Below are positions 27,964-43,470 of a stretch of 64,000 nucleotides of DNA, piece after piece. The position numbers and the translations under genes are program-made. The stretch spans positions 38,848,001 through 38,912,000 of the forward strand of contig CP068257.2 of NCBI GenBank assembly GCA_009914755.4, written 5' to 3'. The notes under the pieces were generated by a model. That model had not been told where the DNA came from. It worked only from the letters and a program-made list of their open reading frames with translations, and did not search any database. Position 1 is the stretch's first letter. The number at the start of each line of letters is the position of its first letter. Origin of the DNA: the human T2T-CHM13v2.0 reference genome, Homo sapiens.

Positions 27964-29699
27964 CCTGCTCACACGTAGAGGGTAAGCACTCCAGGTAGCT
28001 ATAAAACATTTCACCAGTGAAGCATACTGCTATTGTCTCTCAGGCAGGCTTGGGTGTTGCATGAGGTGAGGCTGGAGGGGGCTGCTGGAGCCACATCCTT
28101 AGAGAGGTAGAAGTCACACCAAGTCATGTGGGTTCATGCTGAGAGTAATCAGAGCTACTCAACCATTTCCAGCAGAGGGATACATGAGAAGATTTGAATT
28201 TTAGCAAAATCAGCATAACTGCAGGGTGGGGAATCCATTGGAAGGGCTGAGGGTGAAGGCAAGGAAGCCCGTGAGAAAGTTAATAATCTTAGAGACGGAA
28301 CCAGGGGAGAGGCAGTGAAGATGGGCAGCTTCTAGAAACATTCTAGAGAGAACCTATGAAGCTGCTTGAGGGTGAGGGCTGTTTCCAGGGAGACATCCAG
28401 GTTTTTGGCATGAGTTTTCATAGATGGTTCTGCTATTCACTGAGATAAGGAGCACAGGAGAGAGAAGAGAGTTGTAGCCAGCATAGTGAAGAGGCCATTG
28501 CCAGTTGATTAGAGTCAAATTTATGTACATTCTGGTTCTTGTACACTCTAGATGGCACTTCGCAAACTAAGGCACATTCAAATCCCTGGGGTATCTTATG
28601 AAAACACAGGCACTGGTTCAGGAGATCCAGAGAGGGGTTGATGTTTCTGTCTTTCTAACAGTTGATGCTCATCTTGCTGGTCAGGGACCACATTTTGAAT
28701 TAAGGCTCCACATTAATCAAAACTTTTCCTGTTATGCACCCATTCTCAATGAACTTACCAACTCTATGAGTGTGTCGCCCTCTCTGTACTCCGCACCTGG
28801 AACAGTGGCTGGCTGGAGACGGACACCTTTGTTGAGCCCCAGCAGCAAAGCCCTTCCTCTCTGAGTTTCTGCTTCCGCAGCAAGGGCTGCTCTGCTAAAG
28901 TGATGCCAGAGAGCTTGGAAGTCTCTGTGGAGATCACGGCTTCTCTCCATATCGGGGATCCAGGAAAAGAGACGTTTGGTCTCTGGAAACTTCTATTTGA
29001 AGGCTCAGTCATGTCTGAGGTTGTCTTTCTGCATCAGATTGCCTGATAGTTTCAATGAGAAACTGCTGAACTCTGAAGTTTGACTCTGCTGCATTTCAGG
29101 GGGAGAGGTAAGCTTTTTATTCTTTTCTGTCTCCGTGGGCACAGAGTGACACATGCACAGTCAAGAAGAGGAGAAAGGCATCCACCCAAAGGAAAAAAGG
29201 TAAAAATCAAATCATCTCACTAAAGACGCCACTGTGACAAGGGTTCCCTTGGGAATTACAGCCAGAATACCTCTCACCTGGGAGGGATATTATAGCTCGA
29301 ACAGTGAAAAGAAAAAGCTTTATTTCACTATTGTCTTTTCCAATTATTGTGCCCCTTGAAAGATTAAGCAAATGGTTTATTTTTCCTTGGCTTCATTTCC
29401 AGAATCACCTTTACTGGACACAATTTAAATTCTAGTTATTTCCCCACCAAAAGCCAACAAAAATGAGTTCAAGAGAGTTCACAGCGATTTCAAAGAGAAT
29501 TCACAGAGATTCTGCAGCCACGTGGAAAGAATATTATAGGAGATTCTACCATACTATGCAATCCTCATGTATAATAGGATAGTCAGAGGTCATGGGCACT
29601 ATTCTCTAGGTCTATGCTTCTAAAAAACCACAACACAAAAGTAATGCTATAAAATTTGCATAAAGAAAAGAAAATTTTGTGATGGTTAATTTGATGTCA

Positions 29700-30493
<794 letters not shown>

Positions 30494-30523
30494 TTATTCA
30501 GTTAGGATACAACGTAAGATTTT

Positions 30524-30897
30524 GTAGGTGTGTTAGTCTGCTCTTATGCTGCTAATAAAGACATATCAGAGACTGGGTAATTTATAAAGGCAAGAGGTTT
30601 AACTGACTCACTGTTCCACATGGCTAGGGAGGCCACACAATCATGGCAGAAGGTGGATGAGAAGCAGAATCATGTCCTACATGGCAGCAGGCAAGAGAGT
30701 GCGTGTGCAGGGGAACTCCCCTTTATAAAACCATCAGATTTCCTGAGACTTATTCATTATCATGAGAACAGCCCAGGAAAGACCCACCCCCATGATTCAA
30801 TTACCTCCTGCCGGGCCCCTCCCATGACACGTGGGAATTATGGGAGATAAAATGCAAAATGAGATTTGGGTGGGGACAGAACCAAACCATATCAGTA
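30524..30897 (-). mobile_element. THE1/MST-family MaLR solo LTR (second copy)
   Basis: 'tgtgttagtctgctcttatgctgctaataaagacatatcagagactgggtaatttataaaggcaagaggtttaactgactcactgttccacatggctagggaggccacacaatcatggcagaaggtgg...gagatttgggtggggacagaaccaaaccatatca'. Confidence 0.75.
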
Positions 30898-33800
30898 GGT
30901 CTATGTGATTTGCTAAGGACAGTGTTATACACAATAAATACAGTATTTTTTTAAAAAAATGGAATCTATAATTGGATTCTAGACATTTTAATTTCTTTTA
31001 CTTACTATGTAGGTTCACACAGTATATTTTCATTACATGGATGTTGAAATATTACTTTCCCACTGTGTGGCTGATGGATCACATACCATCCTCCTCTCCA
31101 TGCAGGAATCAGGTAAGGGTATGTGAGAGGAAGGAGGTTAGGGTTGGGAAGTCTTTGTTTAACTTCCACCTCATTCTTGAGAAAAGATTTGAGAGAGGTC
31201 TGGCTGGAGTACCCCCACCCTGACGTCACAAAGAGGTTGTCTAGAGCCATTTGGCAGTGCAGGCAGGAGCTTCTGGCACTTGGTAGGATGAGGACCAATT
31301 GTTAATGTGCTTTCTTTGCTTAGTTTTTATCCCCACATTCTCTCCCACTGTCCTGCAAGGTTTCTGTCTCATGGACATGAAAATGTGTCAGTATAAACAC
31401 CAGCATTCTCTATTCACACAAGGATTCCTTGTCACTGGGGATTTTTGCTGACTTCTATTAGTGTAAAAATCATTCTTCAACTTTCTCTAAAATTGCCAAA
31501 CTTTGGCAAAATAATTAATTAAAACAGATTTAAGGTCACTTTTTAAACTACAGATGACATGGATGAGCTCCATTATTCTTTTACGTGACTTGGGCACATG
31601 AGGAATTCAAACATAAAACTTCACCAGCTTATAAAATCTGTGAGTCTCTGCCCCCGTGTTTTAAGATGTTTGTAAAATTTCAAAGTATTTTGTCTTACGA
31701 TATCATAAAAGAAAGTGCAATTTTAGAGTCTAAAATTAATTTAATTACGAACACTTCAAATGTGTTCTCTTATTCTTTTTTAAAAATAAATGCTTTCTAG
31801 TGAAAAATCTATTTTTCTCTTTGACAGGTAATAAGGCAAAATTCTGGGAGGTTATTGGTAATTGCTCTCTTTTTTTATCTCATATCTCCTGTTCACATTG
31901 TCAACAAATCCTACTTATTCTACCTGCAAAATATGACCAGAGAGTGATTGCTTCTGCCTAACCTTTTTGCCACGATTCTCTTATTGTCAAGCATTGCTGG
32001 GACTCTGGCAATTTTCCCTTGCAGGCCTGCCTCTTTCTAGTGTTGCACGCCACCCCCACCCTCCAGTCACCTCTGTCTTTTCTCAGTTCAGCAACTGCTG
32101 CAGTTGCTAAAACAGAAATTAGATTCTCTGTTCAAATCCATGCAAAAGTACCCTGTACCATTCAAGGGTATTCCAAGGGCTGCAATACCCCAGGTAACCT
32201 GTCTCCCATTTCCTCTCTGTCCTACCTACCCTCCTTCTATAAACACCCCCACACCCAATTCATTCAACCCAGGCACACTGGCCTTTGTGCTGTTTCTGCA
32301 ACATGCTAGTCACACTCCTGCCCTAAGACCTTTGCCTAGCTTCTCTCTCTGCCTGAAAAGCTCTTCCTCTAAATACATTTCACCAGCAACTTCCCTTCCT
32401 TTAAGCATTTCCTCGGATGCCACTTTCTCAGCAAGCCCTGTTTGAAGCATTTTGCCCCCACTGACTATTGCCAACCCCTATGCCATCACTCCCAACCCCC
32501 CTTCCCGGGGGTCTCATTTCTTTCACACATGCTACACATAACATTTGATCATACTATGTAATTTACATATTTATTAGGTTTGATGTAGTACCCTTCTTCC
32601 CACAACAGAAATCCCATAAAGGAAAACTTTTGTCTGTTATGTTCACTCAAATATCTAAGACACCTAGAATAATGACCAGAGTATAATAAGTAACCAATAA
32701 ATATCTTTCAAATAAATCAAGTGATTTTTCCATTGCTTTAGAAAAAAAAAATCCTATTCTAGTGCTTCAGAGCCTTTGATAAATTCTACTTTATAATGCA
32801 TGTGTTATTAGGTATAGATTATAGATAATGAGGATAAGTTCCACTTAAATTAAGAAATTGGCTTGCTTTCTATTTGAATATAGGTCATTGGTAGCCAGTT
32901 ATATAAAAATAAGAAAAAAGAACTAATTGAGAACAGGCTGACTTCCCACCACACTCCCAGAGCAGATTCCAAGACCAAAGAAATAAAATAAAACTCTAAA
33001 GGAACTAGAAATTTATGATCTTTCTCACAAATAATTCAAAAAATTTTTAAGAAACCTCAGAACTCTTCAAAAAATACAGAGAAACAATTCACTGAGATCA
33101 GGAAACAATAAATGATCAATATTAGAAATTTAGCAGTGAGATTGACATTTTTTTTTAAAAGCAAATTCTGGAGCTAGAAAATACAATCGAGGAGCAGAAA
33201 AATGCAATAAAGGTCATCAACAGTAGACCTGATAAGGCAGAAGAAAGAATCTGTGAACTTAAAGAAGAAATTATATAATTAGAACAGAAAAAAAGAAAGA
33301 ATGAGAAAATTTGAAGAAAGTATACATGGAATTATATGACCAATTCAAGAAAGCAAATCTTTGCATTACAGGAGTTTGAGGCAAAGAAGAGGAAGACTAA
33401 GAGGTAGAACACTTACTTAAAAAACTAATAGTATAAAACTTTCCAAATCTAGGGAAAGGTATAAATATACAGGTACAGAAAAGTCAAAATTTTCAATCAG
33501 ATTCAATGCAAGCAAGACTACACCAAGACATGCTATAATCAAACTATCAAAAATCAAAGACAAAGAGAGGAGCCTGAAAACAGCAAGAGAAAATAAGTGA
33601 ATCAAAAATAAAGGGGTTCCAATAAAGCTAGCAGCAGATTCCTCAGAAGAAACCTTACAAACCAGGAGGAGGTGGGATGATACATGCAGAATGCTGAAAG
33701 AAAAAACTGCCAATTCAACAAACCTGTCCTTCAGAAAAGGACATAACTTTAATTGTATACAAAATCTCTATACTTTTACTCTTGCCAACACTTATATTTT

Positions 33801-34182
33801 TAATGTCAAAATTTTACATTTTTAAATATTAGCTTATTATTAGGAGAAATAAAGGAAGAATAAAAATTGTCCCAGGAAAACATAAAGCTGAAGTAGTTCA
33901 TCACCAGCAGACCCCTTTTACAAGAAACACTAAAGGGAGCTCTACAGGCTGAAAGAACATTAATAAACAACACGAAAATATATGAAAGTTAAAACTCAGT
34001 CTAAGTAAGTAAATGGTCAAATTAAGTATACTCTAATACTGTAATGGTAGTATGTAAATTGCTTATATCTTTAGTATGAAGGTTCAAAGACAAAACCATT
34101 AAAAATAATATTAGCTACAACAATTTGTTAAGAAATATGCAATATTAAAAGATCCAAATTGTGACATCAAAAATAGAAAACT

Positions 34183-34475
<293 letters not shown>

Positions 34476-34498
<23 letters not shown>

Positions 34499-34512
34499 TA
34501 CATATATATATA
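34476..34512. repeat. (TA)n microsatellite at Alu tail
   Basis: 'atatatatatatatatatacatatatatataaa'. Confidence 0.9.
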
Positions 34513-37500
34513 AACTGTTGGGCGAAGTGAAAGTGTAGCCTTTGTATGCAATTAAAGTTATGTCATTAGTAGCTTAAAATAGCCTGTTATAAATATAAGC
34601 CACCTATGTAATCCTCATGGTAATCATAAAGCAAAAACCTATAGTAGACACACAAAGATAAAAAGTAAAGGATCAAAGCACACCACTAAACAAAATCACC
34701 TAATCACAAAGGAAGACAGCAAGAGAGGAAGAAAGAAACAAAGGATCTACAAAACAACCAGAAAGCCAGTAACAAAGTGACACTAATAAGTCCTTACCTA
34801 TTTACAATTACCTTGAATGTAAATGGATTAAATTTTACAACAAAAAGACAAAGAGTGGATAAGTGGATTTAAAAAGAACACAACATGACCCAACTATGTG
34901 CTGCTTGTAAGACAGTCACTTCAGATTTAAGGACATGCATAGACTGAAAGGCCATAAGTCTTAACAAATCTAGGGAGATTGAAATCACATCAGGTATCTT
35001 TTCCAACCACAATGGTATGAAACTAGAAATCAATAACAGGAGAAATTTTGGAAGATTCACACATACATGGAAATTAAACATGTTCCTGAATGATCAATGG
35101 GTCAAAGAAGAAATTAATAGGTCATTTTTTACGTCTAAATTTTAAGTACTAAAATATCATTGAGACTAATGAAAACAGAGACAGTGTGCCAAAACTTATA
35201 GGATGTAGCAAAAGTAGTTCTAATAAAGAAGTTTTTAACAAAAAAACTTTTAAATTAAAAAAAAAAGATGATTTCAAATAACCTAAAGTTACACTTCAAG
35301 GAACAAGAAAAAGGAGAACAAACTAAGCCCATAATTGGTAGAAGGGAGGAAATAATAAAGGTCAGTACAAACACAAATAAAATAGAACTAGAAAAACAAT
35401 AGAAAAGATCAACAAAACTAAAGTTGGGTTTTTTTTTTTCAAAAATAGAACCAACAAATCGTTAGCTAGACTAAGAAAAAAAGAAGACAAAATCAGAAAT
35501 AAAAGGAGAAACATTACACCTGATACAACAGAAATACGAAGGATTATAAAAAGCTAATATGAACAGTTATACACCAACAAACTGGATAACATAAAAAAAC
35601 AGATAAATATCTAGACACATACAACTTACCAAGACTGAATCATGAATATAACAATCTGAATAGATCAGAGATGAGTAACAAGATTGAGTCAATAGTAAAA
35701 AGACTCTAATCAAGGAAAAATCCAGGACCTGATGGCTTCATTGATAAATTCTATGAAATATTGAAGAACTAATCCTAATCTTCCCCAAATTATTTTAAAA
35801 AGTCTAAGAGGTGAAGCTTGCAACTCATTTAACAAGGTCAGCATTACCCTGATACCAAAGCCAGACAAGAACACTCTAAGAAAATTGCAGGCCCGTATCC
35901 TAGCAAACCAAATTCAACAGCGCACTACAAAGGCTATTCACCTTGATCAGTACGATTGGTCCCTAGAATGGAAGAATGGTTCAATACATGCAAATCAATA
36001 CATGGGATGCACCACATTACCACAATGAAGGGGAAAACCACGTGCATCTCAATAGATGCAGAAAAGGCTTTTGAGAAAATTCAAAATTATTTCATGATAA
36101 AATTCTCAACAAATTAGGTATAGAAAGAATGTTGCTCAATACAATAAAGGGCATATGTGACAAACCCAAAGCTAACATTGTACACAATGATGAAAAATTG
36201 AAAGTTTTCCTCTAATATCAGGAAGAAAATAACTATGCCCACTCTTGTCCTTTCTGTTCTACTTCTCTGGAAGTCCTAACTGGAGAAATTAGGAAAAAGA
36301 AAGGAATTAAAAACATCCAAATTGGAAAAAAAAGAAGTTAAATTGTCACTGTTTGCAGGCTACATATCTTTTATGTAGAAAATTCTAAATACTCCACCAT
36401 AAAACTATTAGAACTAATAGATAAATACAAAAAAATTACAGAATACAAAATCAACACATAAAAAGTAGTAGAATATTTATACTCTAACAATGAACTATCC
36501 AAAAAAGTTATCAAGAAAATAGTCTCATTTTTTACAGCTGCCAAAAAATAGTAAAATATCTAGGAATAAGTTTAACCAAGGAAGTGAAAAATCTGTACAC
36601 TAAAAACTACGACATTGTTAAAAGAAATTTAAGAAAATACAAATTGAAAAATATTCTATGTTTATGGATTGGAATAATTAATGTTGTTAAGATGTCCATA
36701 TTACCCAAAGTGATCTACAAATTCAATGCACTCCCTATCAAAATGGCATTTTTCAAAGAAATAGAAAAAAATTAGCATAAAATGTATATGAAACCCCATA
36801 AGACCCCCAAATAGCCAAAGCAATCTTGAGCAAAAGAACAAGTTGGAAGCATCACACTACTTGCCTCCAAAATATATACAAAGCTACAGTAACCAAAACA
36901 GATGGTACTGGCATAGAAACAGACACACAGACCAGTTGAACAGAATACAGAATAAAGAGCCCAGAAACAAATCCACACATTTACAGTCAATAGATTTTCA
37001 ACAAAGGTGCCAGGAACACACATTGAGGAAAGAACAATCTTAAATAAATGGTTCTGGGAAAACAATATCCACATGCAGAAGAATGAAATTAGACCCTTAT
37101 CTCACACCATATACAAAAATCAACTCAAAATGGATTAAACACTTAAACATAAGACTTGAAGTAAATACAGGGGAAAGGCTCCATAATATTGATCTTGGCA
37201 ATGAATTTAGTATGTGACCCTAAAAGCACAGGCAACAAACGTAGACAACTAGGATTATATCAACTTAAAAAGCTTCTGCACAGCAATGAAGACAATCAGC
37301 AAAGAGAACCTATGGAATAAGAGAATATATTTTCAAGCCATATGTCTGATAAGGGATTAATATCTAAAAGATATAAGGAATGCAAACAGCTCAATAGCAA
37401 AGAAACAAATAGCCTAATTAAAAAATGGCCAAAGAACCTGAATAGACATTTCTCAAAATAGGACATTCAAAAGGCCAATCGATACATGAAAAAATGCTCA

Positions 37501-38589
37501 ACATCATTAATCATCAGCAAAATGGAAATTAAAACCACAATGAGATGTCACCTCACACTTATCAGATGGCTGTTATCAAAAAGACAAAAGATAATAAGTA
37601 TTGGTGAGGATGTGTATCAAAGAGAACCCTAGTACTCTATTGGTGGAAATTTACACTGGTACAGCCATTTTTGGAAACAGTATAGAGGTTCTTCAAAAAA
37701 TCAAAAATAGAACTACCATATTATCCAGTAATTCCACTGTTGGATCTATATCCAAAGGCTGTGAATTAAATCAGCGTATCGAAGAGATATCTCCACCTCC
37801 ATGTTCATTGCAGCATTATTCACAATAGACAAAAATTAGAATCAACCTAAGTGTCAACAGAAGAATAAAGAAAATTTACACAAGTAAATAATATTCAGCT
37901 TTATAAAAAAGGAAATTCTGTCATTTGAAACATGGCTAAGCTTGAAGGACATTATGTTAAGTAAAATAAGCCAGACACAAATGACAAACACTGCTTGATC
38001 TCATATGTGAAATCTAAAAGAATTAAATTCATAGAAGTAGTGAGTAGAATGGTGGTTTCCAGGGGTGGGGGCAGGGGTGGGGAGTTGGGGAGATGTTGGT
38101 CAAAGACGACAAAATTTCAGTCAGACAGAAAGAATAAGTTCAAGAAATCTATCCTACAACACGGTGACTGCAATTAATAACAACATATTGTATTCCTGAA
38201 AAGCCCTTAGAGTAAATTTGAAGTGTTCTGAGCATAAAAATAAGTATATTCAGTAATGCATAGGTTAATTAGCTCAATTTAGCCATTCCCCAATGTATAC
38301 ATATAAGAAAACATCCTGTTGTACACAATAAATATATATACATTTATTTGTCAATATACAAATAAATTGTTTAAAAAATAAAGTTAATTGGGATTGCTTT
38401 TCATAAAGATCAGCTTGCATACATTTGCCTTTGCAGAGTTTTGCATCACTAAATGGAAGCTGATTTCTAACTTGTATTTCCAGCTATGAGAACTGCTATG
38501 TTGGAATTGGTCAAAATAACGTGGATTTTGAAACCACTAAAATTATGAAATATGAAGTACTGGATTTCGAGTATAATCCAACAGACTCA

Positions 38590-38790
38590 TCAAAGTCTAG
38601 CACATGGTAGGTTGCATAGTAAAGTGTTAAGAGTATGGATTTTGGCATTAGATCTGGGTTTCAAAATCTGCACATGTCATAACCTTTCTGTGTCTCGGTT
38701 TTCCTCATTTATAAAACGGGAATAATAACTCTGTGTCATTGGGCTGCTTAAATGTTTGGCACAGTGCCTCCTTCACAATGAGAGTTCAGG
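38590..38790 (+). mobile_element. MIR SINE fragment
   Basis: '...ctgtgtctcggttttcctcatttataaaacgggaataataactctg...tttggcacagtgcctcc' matches the MIR core ('cctcagtttcctcatctgtaaaatggggataataa...gcacagtgcctggc'). Confidence 0.55.
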
Positions 38791-38869
38791 ACATATCTCA
38801 TTTTGTTGCCAGGAGGAATTACTATTGTCAATTGTATATGAAGGCAACAATGACCCACCATTACGAGCT

Positions 38870-39010
38870 GAGTAACCTTAAAGAGCTCACTGTATTTCAG
38901 TGAGCCTCAGTTTGATTATCTAAAAATGGGAATACGCCACACCTGCTCTGCAAGACTGCTGTGAGGACTAAACAAAGCAATGCGTATAAAAAACCACACA
39001 GTGGCTGGCC
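38870..39010 (+). mobile_element. Second MIR SINE fragment
   Basis: 'agtgagcctcagtttgattatctaaaaatgggaatacgccacacctgctctgcaagactgctgtgaggactaaacaaagcaatgcgtataaaa...cacagtggctggcc'. Confidence 0.5.
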
Positions 39011-39169
39011 CATGGGCTTCCCTTTCTGCTGTAGATGGGTGTTTTAGAGACAACTTCCCTAGGATTGGAAGAAAGGTGGTAGAAACTGACTTCTGTATAA
39101 ACCAGCAAGATTATAAAAACAGCTGCCTGGCATTGTTCAGGATTTATAAGCACATGTATTTCACATATA

Positions 39170-39270
39170 CCTATGTAAACATGAATATATATACAGTATG
39201 TGTATATATATATAATATGTATATATGCACTATGTATATATATATATATAGTGTGTGTGTATATATATAC

Positions 39271-39318
<48 letters not shown>

Positions 39319-39384
39319 GTGTATATATATATATGGGTGTGTATATATATATATATATATATATGGGTGTATATATATATATGG

Positions 39385-39425
<41 letters not shown>

Positions 39426-39430
39426 CATCA
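39170..39430. repeat. Long (TA)n / (TATG)/(GGGTG)-interrupted simple repeat, about 260 bp
   Basis: Runs of 'tatatatatatatatatata' interrupted periodically by 'gggtgtg' and 'gtgtgtg'. Confidence 0.95.
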
Positions 39431-40380
39431 CTGACAGATATATGAGAGAAAAAATATGGTACATATTATAAGAGAGTAATAAAACATTCTTACAATTCTC
39501 AAATAGAATTTTAGAATCCACAGAATTTCTCAATGCTAAGAAGGGAGATTAATTTAAACACAAGAGAATTTCTCATTATAGCAATGTAATACGCAGCTCA
39601 TTCTTTATCATGTAAGAGAGCTGGAGCTATAAATAATGCCTTGTAGTATGAGTAATAATTCCTGAAAAAAATTAACTGGAATGAAGCAGGTTTTTAATAC
39701 AGTATTCAATGAAATCATCTAAATTTACCTAAGCTAGAAACAGACTACTTTGAAATAAGTGTATGAATACTTGCAGACTATAAAAGATTGAAAAGATTAC
39801 TACTATTTTATCTGTTTATGTGGTCATATACCACAATAGAGTAAAACACCATATGTCAAATATCTAGACAGCTATTGAGGAATCTAGCTCAACAATACAA
39901 GTGATCCTAGCCACAAGATTAAACAGTTCTGACACAAATAGTCCATCTCTTCACAGGTTTCTCTCTTGCTCTTTGAATACCTCAATCAGACATTCAGATT
40001 AAAGCAAACAAAAAAACCAAAACTCTACTACATATAGGATGATAGCAGCCAGAACCTTCCAATCTGTGCCAGCCTCTAGATGAAAGATCTCTGTTCTTAT
40101 TTAAGAAGGCACTCACCAGCAACGCATGTGTCTCATTTACTATGTGGGACAAACTATGATCCAACGTGCCCATTAAGTTTCTGGGGAAAGTTTAAGAAAT
40201 AATTAGGGAATTTAACTTTACTTTTCTCTTGCTCTTTTCCAAACCATATCTAAGACAGTTGGGTTAAAGAAGCAGAAATGCAATTAAATTTAGCAAATAT
40301 TTTTTGAAAACTTCTCAGATGCATAGAAGGAAGTCATCCAAGTGTCTGTGCTGGAGGTGAAGATCTGAGCACCCTTCTTT

Positions 40381-40688
40381 TTTTCTTTTTCTTTTTCTTT
40401 TGGAGACAGTGTCTCACTCTGTCACCCAGGATGGAGTGTAGTGATGCGATCTCGGCTCACTGCAATCTTTGCCTCCTGGGTTCAAGTGATTCTCTTGCCT
40501 CAGCCTCCTGAGTAGCTGGGACTACAGACACCCACCACCACACCTGGCTAATTTTTGTATTTTTAGTAGAGACAGGGTTTCACCATGTTGGCTAGGATGG
40601 TCTCGATCTCCTGACCTCACGATCCACCTGCCTCGGTCTCCCAAAGTGCTGAGATTACAGGCGTCAGGCGTGAGCCACTGCGCCCGGC
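40381..40688 (-). mobile_element. Alu SINE (AluS-like), full length with TSD
   Basis: T-rich head then '...ggagacagtgtctcactctgtcacccaggatggagtgtagtgatgcgatctcggctcactgcaatc...gtgagccactgcgcccggc'; TSD 'tgagcacccttcttt' (40366-40380) / 'tgagtacccttcttt' (40689-40703). Confidence 0.95.
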
Positions 40689-42196
40689 TGAGTACCCTTC
40701 TTTAGGAAGAAAACTTCAGCAGTACTGGGAGGGAGGAGGAGAAAAGGGAGATTGCAGGAAAAAAGTCTCAGGACAACACATGATTTGCTTCTTTTTGCCT
40801 TTTTCCTAAATATTTATGAAATAGTTTCTAAATATTTTGTTTTTTAAGTTTTCTGAAGAAAGCCCTTTAAATACATATATTTCATAAATACAGGATTTAT
40901 GTCTTGTTTTATGAGTAACATAGACATTCTAGTAATAAACTGCTTATTTCTGTAGTCTATGTCTTTATGTCTTTCAACTGATTAAGACTCCTGCTTCTAT
41001 TAATTTTTCCAGAAACCTTCCAGGAATAAATATCTGTTTTAAAAGAGAGATTAAGTGACCAGCAAGACCTCACTATTGAATGTCAACTTAACTATTTTCT
41101 TTCCAAATCTTACTTTTCTTTTTCTAATTCACAGCTTCATGGATGCAGACGGTACTCTTGACCTTGGAGATCTACATCATATTCTTCAGCATATTAAAGC
41201 TCCAGAAGGGAAGAGATGGCACCTTCAAGCTCAATCATTAATAAAGGGGCAATTTACAAAGCCAGTGCAGTACCCAGGGGCTAAGAGCAGCTCAAAACTG
41301 TCATCTTCCCTAGGCATGGAGGGTTAGTGGGCAGGAGTGGTTTCAGAGCAACCTGAATGGGAAGGAGCAGGTGAAACAAAATCAACTCTCTAACGATACT
41401 GCTCTTCTGCCCTATAGTCTCCTGCTGATGCCTCCCATTGTGGAACCTGGTAGGAAGCCCATGACCTGGGAGCCCATTGAGGCAGCCAGCCTCCTGGGGC
41501 TCAGAGCAGGGTGAAGACAGGGAAAGAGTGGGCTTGGAGAGGCAATATGGTAGGTATGCAGCACGAGGCTTCTCTTTTTAAAGAGAGCAAGCTCAAAGAG
41601 AATTTCATTGCAGAGATACTCCAAACAATATCTATTACTGCAAATATTACTTCATACAGCCTAAAGGTAGAATTAGTAGTCTCTTCTCAGCAGGGTTACC
41701 ATATTTAGCTAATACAGGACACCATTTCAATCTAAATGTTAGTTACATAATGCATAATTTTTAGGATAAGTATGCTCCACACAATATTTGGAATATACTC
41801 ACACTAAATATTATGTTTTGTTTATCAGGAATTCAAATTGAACTGGGCATCCTCTATTTTATGTGACAACCTCACCTCTTTGTATATTAAAATATATATT
41901 CTTCAAATACATATTTGAAGTATTGTTATTACTTCTGTCCCAAACACTAGAGGAAATGATGCGTTTCTACCCAGGTGTGTTATATTTAGTATTATTCCTG
42001 TGAGCTTTATATTTGTGCTCCCCTTTTCAATCTGTGTCTTGAGTCCTCCATTTTTAAAAATTATGCTCCCTACTTTTATTCATTGTGATATATAAAGACT
42101 GTCTCCACAGAGAATGTACTGATTTCACTGAGGTCATCCATGAGCTGCCTCTTTTCTCATGAGAATAAATTTTTAAAGGCATTAAGCTTCGTATTC

Positions 42197-42496
<300 letters not shown>

Positions 42497-42961
42497 AATG
42501 GATTATTAATGTTCTTTCCGGCTGCAGTGATTTTCTAATTTTGCTTTTGAATTGTATATATCTTGAAGAACTTAGAAGGTTTCTCATTCTTTCATATATC
42601 TAAACCAGGGACTCTTAATCTGGGGCCTGCATACCCTCTATGCATAAAATTCAGGAAGCTCCCTGAAGCTGGGTATAGGAAAACATTTGTTCTATTTTTC
42701 ACTAACCTCTAACTGAAATTTATCATGTTTTAAAATTATTAATATAGGCAACAAACCACAGTAGTATTAGTACTGTGACTTCATCATCAATAAAAATTAC
42801 TAATATTTTCAAAATCACATTTCAGATATAGCTCTCTATACATTTTTATTGACACTAATAACTTCTTAAAATTTGCTATGGACACAAATCTAGTGTGTCA
42901 TTTAATAAATTAATCAAGAAGAACATATCATACATCATGGATTTTATCTAATTTGATAACT

Positions 42962-43470
42962 GTATTAGTTTACTATTGCTGCTGTAACAAATCGCCACAA
43001 ACTTGATGACATAAAAGAATACCAAGGTATTATCTATAGTTCTGTAGGCCATAAATCCAAAATGGGTCAAGCTGGGCTAAAAGCAAGGGGTTGGCAGGCC
43101 GTCTTCTTTCTACAGGCTCAAGGGGAGAATCTATTTTCTTATTTTTTCCAATGTCTAGAGGCTGCCCAAACCCCTCGGTTCATGGTCTCCTTCCATCTTC
43201 AAAGCCAGCAATGGCCCATCGAGTTTCCCATTGCATCACTCTGACACGGGTTCTCCCGTCTCTTCCTTCTACTTTTAAGGACTCTTGTCATGACATTGGA
43301 CTCACCCAGATAATCCACAATAATTTTCTTATGTCAAGGACAGCTGAGTAGCAAACTTAATTCTATCTCCACCTTTAATTTCCCCTTGCCATAGGACATA
43401 ACATATTCACAGGTCTGGCAACTAAGCCACAGGCATTTTTGGGGAGTCATAATTCTGCCTAACATATATA
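42962..43470 (+). mobile_element. MLT1-type MaLR LTR
   Basis: 'tgctgctgtaacaaatcgccacaaacttgatgac...ctatagttctgtaggccataaatccaaaatgggtcaagctgggctaaaagcaaggggttggcaggcc...cttcaaagccagcaatggcccatcgagtttcccattgcatcactctgac...cccagataatccacaataatttt...cacaggtctggcaactaagccacaggcatttttgggg' parallels the MLT1 consensus. Confidence 0.55.

Noticed and set aside
38980-39533. ORFs of 163 aa (plus) and 120 aa (minus) across 39170-39430
   Set aside because: These are artefacts of the (TA)n/(TATG)n repeat, giving poly-YI peptides. They have no coding potential.
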